Part shown: positions 25,674 through 39,569 of the stretch, piece by piece
Layout: every line of letters starts with the position of its first letter
Position numbering within the stretch: the stretch's first letter is position 1
Origin: Camelus ferus
Taxonomy: Eukaryota
NCBI RefSeq assembly: GCF_009834535.1
Contig: NC_045704.1
Location: 12,958,001 to 13,022,000 of the forward strand
Direction of reading: 5' to 3'
Length of the DNA: 64,000 nucleotides
The notes under the pieces: generated by a model
What the model saw: only the letters and a program-made list of their open reading frames with translations
What the model was told of the DNA's origin: nothing
The model's database searches: none
Translations under genes and position numbers: made by a program

Positions 25674-25679
25674 TTTATT
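25674..25679 (-). terminator. RPL13A: RPL13A proximal polyadenylation signal AATAAA
   Basis: TTTATT on the + strand, 4 nt after the stop codon. Confidence 0.8.
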
Positions 25680-25683
25680 GGGC

Positions 25684-29428
<3,745 letters not shown>

Positions 29429-29850
29429 CTTCGGCAACCGCCGGGGAAAGAAGGAACCGTACCCGCAGGGTTTCTTATCCCTTGAAACAGGGGCGGAGGA
29501 AGTGACGCAACACGGCCGCCTTCCGTCTTTTCATTGGCCAGAGTGTCTTGCGCGTGCGCAGAATGGCCCCAATGGAAGGCGGGTCGTCTCCTGATTGTCC
29601 AATCAGTATCGTTCCCATGGGACCTAGGCGGCCATGGCTGTGCGGGGCGAGATCACGTGGGGGTAGTAGGTGGCTCTGCGGAGACGGAGCTGTTCGGTCT
29701 TGGTCGCTGTATTTCGGAGAAGCTCGTAAACCTCACGCGAGCTGCCCGCTGTATTTGCAGGGGGGCTGGGGCGGAAAGGCTGGAGAAGCGGTTGTTACTC
29801 TCTAAAACGATATTAGGCTGCGGGGCATGTGGTGACCCGCAGTGGGCAAC
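29429..29850 (-). promoter_or_regulatory. RPL13A: RPL13A CpG-island promoter with 5'TOP tract
   Basis: TOP CCTTCTTTCC at about 29454-29445; ETS-type GGAAGTG at about 29498; NRF1-like TGCGCGTGCGCA at 29540-29551; CCAAT/ATTGG boxes; E-box CACGTG at about 29655. Confidence 0.85.
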
Positions 29851-30461
29851 TGGGCTCGCCCTTCATTGCTCAGCCTAGGCTTAGAGAGTTGGATTCGGGT
29901 GCCTGTTCGGTTTCCTTGTAACCTGGCTAAATCCCAAGCCGCGTCTGGGCCTCAGTAGCCGCACCTGTAAAACAGGTGGAGATAATCTTCCCTATGAGGT
30001 CTAATGTATGAAGGAATGACTTCCAGATGCCTGAGTGTTCCCCAAAGGAGCATCTCACTTTCTGGATTCTAGGCCTTTGCTTTGGTCGTGCCCCTAGCCT
30101 GGAATGCCCTCCCCTCCACTCCCACCTTCTAAAATCTGGCTTTCCAGATAGCTCAGGCTGGCTCGGGTACCTCCTCTGGGCTCCCACAGTGTCTATGCTA
30201 CCTCAGTTAGAGCGTGTCATCTTGTTTTGGGGCTCTCTCGGGTCCGTGGCTTCTCCCCCAAGGACCAGGAACCCTGAGAGGCCTGGGCTGGTTCTGATAA
30301 CAAGTCTGGATCCCAGCATTGCTCTGTACTGGCCCTGGGCCCCAGAAGGCCTCAGAAAACAGATACTGAATGAAACATTGCATTAACTGAAAAACCAAGA
30401 CCCAAAGTCAAAGTACCCCATTTACAGACAGGACTGACCAGAGCTGGTAGAAAAGGATGAT

Positions 30462-33400
30462 TTATATACAATTTCTTGGGGACAAGGGCTTTGTACAGAG
30501 TGGGGAGGGTTGGGCCAGGGCCAGTGCTGGGTGCTGGCGTTGCCTCCATCCTGGGGAGACAGTGACAGAGGCAGTGCAGCCAAAGAAGGGTCCAGGCTCT
30601 AGCTGACTTCCTCCAAGTTCCGGCTCTGTGTCCTCTGACAGGTGACTCCTCTTTCTGGGTCTCAGTGTCCTTCTCTGTAAAATGGCGTAATAGATGACTC
30701 ACTGGGCTGTTTGAGAATCCGTGGACAGAGGAGAGGAAAGCACCAAGCTCAGGGCTCAGCACAGACTCAATGCTAAAAACAACTCTACAGTGAGTGCTCA
30801 CTGTGTGTTTGGGCATCGCTGTCCAAGAGAACTCTGTGATGACGGAAACATTTTTTAGACCTGAGATCTCCAATACAGCCAAGATACCAGCCCATGTGAA
30901 TACTGGGCACTCTAATGTGGCCAACAAAACTAAGGAGTTGAGTTTTTAATTTTACCTAATTTAAACTTAAAAAGTGTGGTTAGTGGGAGAGTGGGAAAAA
31001 TAGGGTGTGGATGGGGAAAAGGGAAGGGGAGACAACTTCTCAATGTATCACGGAAAAAGAAAACTAGTGAAAATTACTGCCCCAAACAAATGCGGCGATG
31101 AAAAATCATCCAATTGTGAAAACTGATCCCTGATCCCGTAACTGGAAAACTTCTGTATGTTTCAAACAACTTGAGTACATGAATTTCCTTATGTAACTGT
31201 AAACTGCATGAAATACAAATACAGAGCAAGTCTTTCTGATAAAAATTTAGCATCTGAATTGAGATGTTTTGTGTAGCATACACACCGGATTCTCAAGACT
31301 TGGTATGAAAAAAAGAATGTAAAGTATCTCAATAATTTGTTAAGGTATGGATTATATGTTGAGATGACAACATTTTGGATATACAGGGTGAAATAAAATA
31401 TATTATTTAAAGTAACCTGTTTATTTTTATTTAACAAAGATGTGGCTACTAGAAATTTTAAAATCCCATTTGTGGCTTGGGTCCTATTTCTGTTGGACAG
31501 TGTTGCTCTAATGGCTTTGCATGGTCACTTGACTTAACTTTGACAATGCTATGGTAGAAGGACTATTATTAAAGTCTTTTGTACAGATAAGGAAATGGAG
31601 GCAGAAGAGTGAAAGGTACAGATGCTGGAACCAGAAGGCCCAGAGTCAAATCTTGGCTCTGTCACTCATGGGCTGTGTGACTTTTGGCAAATGATTGACC
31701 TTGCTGGTCCTTGGTTTCAGCCTCTGTGAAATGGGGATAATGATGGCAACAGCTTCTCAGTTCAGTGAGTTAATTTGTAGAAAATTCTAGCACAAGGCTG
31801 AGGCACTGAGGCACTCTCTGTATTAGCGATTACTGCCAAATGTTTCTTGTTAGATCCCTCTGGGTTGGTCAGGAACCCACTGGTGACTCCTCTCCTTCCT
31901 CCATTCAGGCCCACCTGCCTCCTGCCCCAACACCTCTTTCCAGGTTCGCCTCCCAGGGCTTGCGGCTGCCCTGGGCAGGATGTCCCAGCTCCCTGGCTTT
32001 GCATTGGAGGCCTAGATATTCCTGTGCCATTTTTCAGTCTCCACCCCCATCCACCCCAGCCTGGGTAAAGTTGCTAGAACACCCTGAGCTTTTACACATG
32101 TGGAGGGCTTTGCAAAGGTGGTCCCCTCTGCCTGCTCCAGGAGGCCACTGTCTCCTGGTTTGCAGACGCCTGTATCCAGATACCTCCCCCGGAGGCCCTC
32201 ATGCCCATAGGTCCCCGCTGAGCTCGCGGTCTTCTCCTAATCTCCCTCCTTCCCACCACGTTCCCCAGATCTGGGGTCCTCTGTGCCCGGTCCCCTCGTC
32301 CCCTCCCCATCCACCAAGCCTGTCAGTCTCCAGCCCCACCCCTCCTCTCCATCCCCATGGCCCTTGTCCCCGCCCTTGTCCTCTCTCCCTAGATCCTCAT
32401 TCCAGTCTCTCTCTTCCAATCTGTCCCCCTCCATGGTGCAGGAGGGGTCTTCTTGCATTGGGAAGTGACCCAACCCTTCCCTGCTAACAGCCCTCCTGCG
32501 GGCACCCACCCCCACACCAAGTCCAGGGTCCTCAGTTTGGACAAGGATTCTCCTAGACGAGTTAGTGCTCCACCAGCTAGCTGCAGGGACAGCACCTCCT
32601 GGGGATCAGAGGCGCAGGGCATCTTGGCTCCCAGCCGCCTCCAAACACCCCTCCAGTCCTCCCCACCCCCTCTGCCCAGTCAGCTGGCTCACCCGCTGCT
32701 CCCCAGGGTAGGGTGTCCTCTGTCTCCTTCGCCGGTGCAGGCACCAGGCAGAGGCCAGCAGTAGAAGGGCCACCGGCAGCAGCAACAGCAAGAGGAGCAG
32801 AAGAGAGGCCTGAGGAGCCGGCAGGGATGTGGCCCCCAGGGCTCCGGGACTCCTTGGGGGCAGCAGGGTGGAGGAGTCTGCTGGGAGAGAGGAGGCTGGG
32901 TGACTGAGAAGATCCAGGCCAGGGAAAGGAAAAAGAGGCCTGCCTGGTGCCGGCTGTGTGACCTGGGGGTGGGGGTGGGGGTGGGGGGTGGGGCTGCTGG
33001 CCTCTCTGTGCCTCAGTCTCCTCATTTGTAAAATGGGGATAATTATCATACTGACTTCATAAGTTTGTCAGAAAAGTTAAATGAGTGAATATACAGAACG
33101 TGCTTAGAACAGTGTCTGGCACACAGTAACACTGCATTTTATTTTCTGATGGGACAAATATGTTTCAAGTGCTTCTGTATCAATTTGTTTCTTCCTTTTC
33201 TTCCCCCAGTAGTCTCTGAGTTCCACCAAGGCGACAGGAGCCGGATTGCCAAGACCTACTACTTAGTGCTCACTAAATATTATAGTATTTTTTAAAAATT
33301 TATTTTTTAATCTTTTTTTTTTGTTTGTTATTGGAGGTACCGGGGTTTGAACCCAGGACATCATGCGTGCTAAGCTTGAGCTCTACTACTGAGATATACC

Positions 33401-36400
33401 CCTACCCCCAATAGTTTAATTTACATAAATTAAGTATCTGAGTGAATGAATGGACAGATAATAAAACATGTGAAATGATGATGGCTCACAAAGCCCCACT
33501 CCACCTGGCTGCTTTTGTTCCCTGTGGACCCTCACCCCCCACCTTCTTCCCCTCGCTTACCTGGTCTCAGCCCCTAGGCCTCTTCATGATTCCTTACACA
33601 GGTAGGCAGGTTTCTGCCTCAGGGCCTTTGCACTGGCTATTCTCTTATTCCCAATTTATAGTGACTTTCCAGCCAACCACCTCAGACTATGATTCATTCA
33701 CCCTGTTTTATTTCATTATTATTTTTAATCTGGGGGGGAGGAGGTAATTAGGTTTACTTATTTTATTTATTCACTTCTTAGTTGGCATACTGGGGATTGA
33801 ACCCAGGACCTTGTGCATGCTAAGCAGTGCTATACCCTCCCTGCCCCAACACCCTGTTTTAATTTGCCTGCACAGGGCTTGTTATCCTCAGATACTTTCC
33901 TGTTTAATGATCTGTTTACATGTTTATTGTCTGTCTCCTTGATTAGCAGGTCAGCCCCACCACGTACACAGACTCGGTCTTATTCTGTGCCGTGTCTCCA
34001 ATGCCAGGCACCATGAAGATGGTTAATTAGTCTTGACTGAATGAATGAATGGTGATAAATATAAATACAAATGACAAAGCTAAATGTTAATGACTAAATG
34101 ATTGGAAAATTTAGGGAGAAATGGAGAAAAATATAATTAGAATAGGAGGTTTTTAACTATTCCTCTCAGAACTTGACAGAGCTGGTAGACAAATATAACA
34201 AGGTCAGAGAGACTCTAAATAATACCACGATTGATAGGTGAATAGAATAAGGTTGACAGCATAAGGTAAAGTTGATACACACAGCTTCAACTCTGATCCC
34301 ACCAAAAACAAACAAACAAAATCTATTCTTTTCCTAAGACCATGTTCAGGTAAAAAACTGATCATCTACTTGGCCACAAAGAAAACCTTAGTTAACTGAC
34401 AAAGTTGTTTTCACAGGGCAGAGTCTCTCCTTTTATTCCAATTAAGTTACTTCATTTGGAAACTTCAGTGCTGAGCATTCAACATGGCGGCCACTTGCCT
34501 CACATGGCAACTCAGCATGTGACCTGTGGCTGGTCTTGAGATGTGCTGTCCTCTGTGTAAAATACACACCAGATTCTTAAAGACTTAGTAGGGAGAAAAG
34601 GATGTGAAATACCTCATTAAGTAATTTTTTAAAAATATTGACTATGTGTTGAAATGGTACTATTGGGGGTTAAAATATATTGGATTAAAAAAAGGTATGG
34701 AGTTAGTAAAATTTGTGATTTAAATAACTATTTTAAAAAAGGTAAAATTAAATTCAATAACATCATTATAGAATACAGATTCCTGGTTACAGGGGTTTGG
34801 GATGGGAGTTTTAGGAGGGAGATAAAGTTCCATGAACTCACACATGGTTCTATGAAGCTACATGTGTGATAAAATTACATAGACACACATACACACTCTT
34901 TTAGGCATTGAATTGTGCCCCTCAAAATTTATATGATGAAATCCCAACCCCCCGTACCTTGGAATGTGACCTCTTTTGGAGTCGGGTCTTCAAAGAGATA
35001 ATCAGGTTAAAATGAGGTCATTAATGGTGGGCCCTAATCCAATATGACTGGTGTCCTTTTAAGAAGGGGAAATCTAGACACAGAGACATGCATAGAGGGG
35101 GTGCCCTGTGAACGTGAAAATGGCCATCTATAAGCCAAGGAGAGAGGCCTGGAACAGAGCCTTCCCTCATAGTCCTCAGAAGGAGCCAGTCCTGCTGACA
35201 CCTGAAAATTAGTAAACTTCTGCTGTTGATCCAGCAGTCCCACTCCTGGGCATATATCTGGAGGGAACTCTAATTCGAAAAGATATATATNNNNNNNNNN
35301 NNNNNNNNNNNNNNNNNNNNNNNNNNNNNNNNNNNNNNNNNNNNNNNNNNNNNNNNNNNNNNNNNNNNNNNNNNNNNNNNNNNNNNNNNNNNNNNNNNNN
35401 NNNNNNNNNNNNNNNNNNNNNNNNNNNNNNNNNNNNNNNNNNNNNNNNNNNNNNNNNNNNNNNNNNNNNNNNNNNNNNNNNNNNNNNNNNNNNNNNNNNN
35501 NNNNNNNNNNNNNNNNNNNNTAAGACAGAAAGAAAGAAAAATACCATATGATATCACTTGTTTGTGGAATCTAAAAAAAGACACAAATGAACTTATTACA
35601 AAACAGAAACAGACTCACAGACGTAGAAAATGAACTTGTGGTTACCAGGGTGGGGTACCAGGGTAGAAGGGGGTGGGAAGGGATAAATTGGGAGTTTGAG
35701 ATTTGCAGATACTAACTACTATATATAAAATAGATAAACAACAAGTTTATACTGTATAGCATGGGGAACTATATTCAATATCTTATAGTAACCTATAATG
35801 AAAAAGAATATGAAAATGAATATATGTATGTATATACATTATGCTGTACACCAGAAATTGACACATTGTAAAGTGACTATACTTCAATTAAAAAAACAAA
35901 AAAACCAAAAAAACCTTCTGTTTAAATAGCCAGGTTTCTTTGTTACAGCAGCCCTAGCAAACTAACACAAACACACATGCTCACATATATAACTGGTAAA
36001 CTGAATGAACTCTGTGGATTGTACTCATGTCAGTTTCCTGGTTTTGACATTGCACTATAATTAATGTTACCAAGAAAAATGTAACACTGGGATGAAGGGT
36101 GTCTAGGACCTCCCTGTACCTTTCTTTGCCCTTTCCTATGAATCCAATGTAAAAAAGTTTTAAAAATAAAACAACCAGGGGAGTGGGTATAGCTCAGTGG
36201 TAAAGCACATGCTTAGCATGCACGAGGTCCTGGGCTCAATCCCCAGTGCCTCCATTAAAAATAATGCTAATAATAAAAAAATAAAACAACCAATAATATG
36301 CTAAAAATAACAAATATTAAACATCCTGAAAAAAAGTTAATTTACCTTTTTCTTTTTAACTTTTTTTAACATGTCTACAAGAACATTTGCACTCAAATAT

Positions 36401-38769
36401 ATGGCTCTCTTTCTATTTCTATGGACTAGAAGTGCCTCAGAGAAACAGGCAGGGATGGTTGTTTCCTTCTCAGAGATGGGTAAACTGAGGCCCAGAGGGG
36501 AATGAACTTGGGAAAACATGCCCAAAGTCACACAGCTCATGAGAGCAGGGGGTAGTCTGGGGTGCCCTGGCAGAAGGGGTGAGGGGCTGTGAGGGGGGAA
36601 GGGAGGTGGGGCGGTGCGCTGGGGGCTGCTGGGAGCCTTTACCTGGCTGACACTGCAGCTCCAGGCACCTGGAGAAATTCCGGCGGGTGATCCAGGGCTT
36701 CAAGGCCACCAGCTGCTGGGAAGTGTCCTGCAGGAGGTGGGAGATGTTGGCCTGGACGAAGCGAAGACAGCTGGGGAGGGGCTGGGGGCAGGGGAGGGAG
36801 ACGTCACCACCGCAGCACACCCGGCATCACTTCAGGTCAAGGGTGACGCCTGGGTCTCAGAGAGAGTTTGGACCCTTGCTCCCCCTGGTTGCTGGGGGAA
36901 GCATCCTTAGCAACTCCCAGGACAGGACCCAGTCAGACCTGGACCCAGAGGGAGTTTAGATCACCTCCTTCTGGTTGTTAGAGGAGAGAACTCCTTAGCA
37001 AGACCCTTCCACTGGGCCTCAGAAATAAACTCAGAATTGGTGCATTGGGCCCAGACACCTCGCCATCCTCCTGCACTTAGAGAAGTGTTACTTCCCAGCA
37101 TCGGGGGCGGGGGGGCGGCCCACTGGGACTGGGGTTCCTGCTCCACCTCCTTGGGGTTGCTCCAGTCAAAAGAAATCTCCAATAACGCCTAGCAGACCTC
37201 TGCTTCCAATCCCTAGGAAAACATCACACTCCCCGCACTTGTCTCCCAAGTTCAGGGCTGACCTGGAAGGCACATGAGGTGACAAAGTATATCTCGGTGT
37301 TGACAGCCTCCAGTAGGTCTTGCAGCTGGGACCCAGCCACCGTCTTGAGCCGTCCCATCCAGCGCTGGGCCAGGACGAGGCGCCAGAAGGCCCCACAGAG
37401 CTCGTCCTGTGGAAAGACAGCCCTGGCGCTGGGTCCCGTGGGTGGAGGAGGCTGGGGGCTTGGACAGGTGGGGCTAGGAGAAAGAGAGGTTTGCGGGCAG
37501 GGACTCCAGGGTCCCAGGGGAGGAGGGGGCCCGGTAGGCACACTAGCCCTGTCCCCTAAGGGGTGGTGAATCTAGAATCTCTCCTTCCCACCTCCATCCC
37601 AGGCCCCTCCCTTCTGTGACTCACGTCTTGCAGGTTGGTGGCCACAGTGACTGGGTAATCGTGAAGCAAGTAGTCAGACTGCGGGAGAAAATGGGGTCAG
37701 CCTAGCTGCAAACAGGAGGAAATAGAACTCCTGGGACCCAGAGAGAGGGGGACAGGGACTCAGAGATGGGGGGTGGGGGTACCTAGAGAAAGGGATGGGG
37801 GGCGGATACTCAGAGAGAGGGGGACAAGGAGACACAGAGACAGAGCCCTAGACAAGGGGAACTCAGACCCAGAGGCAGAACCTGGGCTCAGAATGGGAGC
37901 GGGGAAACTCACAAGCTTGCGGATGGTGCTGTTGAAGGTGGAGGAGATGGGGCTGTGGCGAAAGGAGCAGTCCTGGGTCCTGGAGAGGCTAGGGCTGAGC
38001 AGCAGCAGCAGCAGCAGGGAGGTCTGCGGGCGGGCGCGGGGCGGGGGCGGCCCTCTGTTGGCTCCACACACGATCCCCTCTCTCGGTGAGGGTCCCCCCT
38101 CCAGCCCCCTCTTCCTTCTTTCCTCATTCTCCTTTCCCCCCCCGCTCATTCCATCGCGCCCACTTCGCGGCCCCTCCTCCGTTTGGCCCCCGTGTCTCTG
38201 ACAATCTTTCCCTGAATCTCTCTCTGCCCCGGTCGGGTCTTGAGCAGTTTTCACCCGCCTCTGCTCCACCTGTCTCGCTCCCCATCGTCCCAACTTGGCC
38301 ATCTCTCTCGGTTTCCACCCGGGACTTTCTCACCTCTGCCCAGCCTTCTGCTGTCCATGCTCATCTCTCCTGTTTCTCCCTCCTGGGTCCTATCAGCTCC
38401 TCCGTTTGTACCCACCTCGCTGTTTCTTCCCCTGACCCCTATCCATCTCCTCCCTCTCTCCCCATCCATCTCCCTTACCTTTGTCCATCCCCTCCACCCC
38501 GTCACCCCATCCCTGTCCATCTCCTCTCACATCTGTCCACTCCAACTCTGTCCAGCACCTCCAACCCTGTCACCCCACTTCTGTTCATCTCCCCCACCCC
38601 TGTCCACTCCACCCCTGTCTACCTCCCCCAGCCCTGTCCCCTTCACCCCTGCCCGCCCCATCTCTGTCCATCTCCCCCATCTCTGTCCATCTCCCCTCTC
38701 TGCCTTTCCCCCACCTTATCCCTCAGGGATACGCACAGTTGGGTTCCAGGCTGGCGCCAGCACTATCAT
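30462..38769 (-). CDS. FLT3LG: Fms-related tyrosine kinase 3 ligand, membrane form with long tail, 292 aa
   Basis: Coding exons 38769-38737 ([11 protein letters not shown]), 38023-37913 ([13 protein letters not shown]), 37678-37625, 37406-37263, 36781-36643, 32877-32693 (stalk/TM) and 30674-30462 ([29 protein letters not shown]); 879 nt in frame. Confidence 0.93.
30590..30775 (+). mobile_element. MIR SINE overlapping the 5' end of the last FLT3LG coding exon
   Basis: TCTGGGTCTCAGTGTCCTTCTCTGTAAAATGGCGTAAT aligns with the MIR core CTCTGTGCCTCAGTTTCCTCATCTGTAAAATGGGGATAAT (compare the MIR at 33000-33130). Confidence 0.75.
30820..31510. mobile_element. hAT-Charlie family DNA transposon remnants (MER3/MER33-like)
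   Basis: GATGACGGAAACATTTT..CTCCAATACAGCC..; GATGTGGCTACTAGAAATTTTAAAAT..ATTTCTGTTGGACAGTG. Confidence 0.55.
33000..33130 (+). mobile_element. MIR SINE in FLT3LG intron 6
   Basis: CCTCTCTGTGCCTCAGTCTCCTCATTTGTAAAATGGGGATAAT..GCTTAGAACAGTGTCTGGCACA. Confidence 0.8.
33303..33408 (-). mobile_element. Vic-1-like SINE in FLT3LG intron 6
   Basis: GGAGGTACCGGGGTTTGAACCCAGGACATCATGCGTGCTAAGC. Confidence 0.75.
33722..33846 (-). mobile_element. Vic-1-like SINE in FLT3LG intron 6
   Basis: GAGGTAATTAGGTTTA..ACTGGGGATTGAACCCAGGACCTTGTGCATGCTAAGC. Confidence 0.78.
34900..35965. mobile_element. MLT1 solo LTR interrupted by a young L1 3' end (about 35235-35905)
   Basis: GTCATTAATGGTGGGCCCTAATCCAATATGACTGGTGTCCTTTTAAGAAG..; the LTR resumes CTTCTGTTTAAATAGCCAGGTTTCTTTGTTACAGCAGCCCTAGCAAACTAACACA. 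Confidence 0.7.
36178..36276 (+). mobile_element. Short Vic-1-like SINE with a perfect 16-bp TSD
   Basis: AAAAATAAAACAACCA at 36162-36177 and 36277-36292; TT|AAAA L1-endonuclease-type site. Confidence 0.88.
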
Positions 38770-39124
38770 TTCTGCCGGGGGCCCCTCATGCCTGTGGCCG
38801 GATCTTGGAAGGGACAGAAGAGCGAGTCTCGGACCTCCACACCCCAGCCCCTTCCTCCTCGCCCGCCCCTTCACCTCCCCGCCCCTCCCTGGGTCCTTTG
38901 ATGTGGCTAAGTTTCCGCCTCCTACTCTGTAGGGCTTCCTGCGTGAGCCACAGTTACGGTGAAAACTCCTCATCTCCCCTTCTAAGAACTCCGACGTCCG
39001 GTGCCCAGAATCCTCCCCAGGCCAGAGACCCAGGGACCCGACCCCCACCCCTCTCCATTCAGCTCCAGGAGGGGGACCTTGGCTCCGCCCTTCGGGGACC
39101 CAGAGCCCATGTCTCCTCACGCAC

Positions 39125-39197
39125 CAGGCTTGCCCCAGCTGGGTGTGGAAGGGGTCGCGCCGGGTGACAGACGGAGATCGAAAGTGAAAGGAAATTT
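39125..39197 (-). promoter_or_regulatory. FLT3LG: FLT3LG non-coding exon 1
   Basis: AAATTTCCTTTCACTTTCG..GGGGCAAGCCTG|GTGCGT resembles the human FLT3LG 5' end as I recall it; exon 2 acceptor CCAAG| at 38803. Confidence 0.7.
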
Positions 39198-39241
39198 TGG
39201 GGGGAAATAGGGAGCTGGGGTGGATCTGGCTGGTGCAAGGG

Positions 39242-39255
39242 GCGCCACCTGGTGG
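39242..39255 (-). promoter_or_regulatory. CTCF core motif at the FLT3LG promoter
   Basis: CCACCAGGTGGCGC matches the CTCF core CCASYAGRKGGCRS. Confidence 0.65.
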
Positions 39256-39569
39256 TGACAGGTGGCAGCTGACGCCGTGGAGAGCGCCTCAGCGGAACTT
39301 GGGCTCAAAAGGGCTGTGGTTGGGTTGACCCCCGCGGTGGGACACAGAGAATCGGGAGCTAGGGCTCCAATGCGTATCTGTCTCCATCTAGAACCAGCGC
39401 ACACAGGGCAAGAAGGAGGTCACCCTGAGTCCTTACTCTTTGCCTTGAAATCCCGCCCCCCCTACCCGTTACCTTCCACATTAAGATTAGTGGTAGTTTC
39501 ATACTTTCCGGTGCTCAGCTTGTGACTTTCTGCCTCTCACTGCCCACTGACAGTCCAGTTTGTCAGCAA

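Noticed and set aside
32606-33049. 147-aa ORF extending the FLT3LG TM exon upstream into a MIR
   Set aside because: Only 32877-32693 is the real exon. The upstream MIR has TTTACAA instead of TTTACAG, so it provides no acceptor, unlike the MIR at 30674.
38086-39167. Long Pro/Ser-rich ORFs (271, 230 and 228 aa) antisense to FLT3LG
   Set aside because: They arise from C-rich low-complexity intron sequence that lacks stop codons; no homology or splice support.
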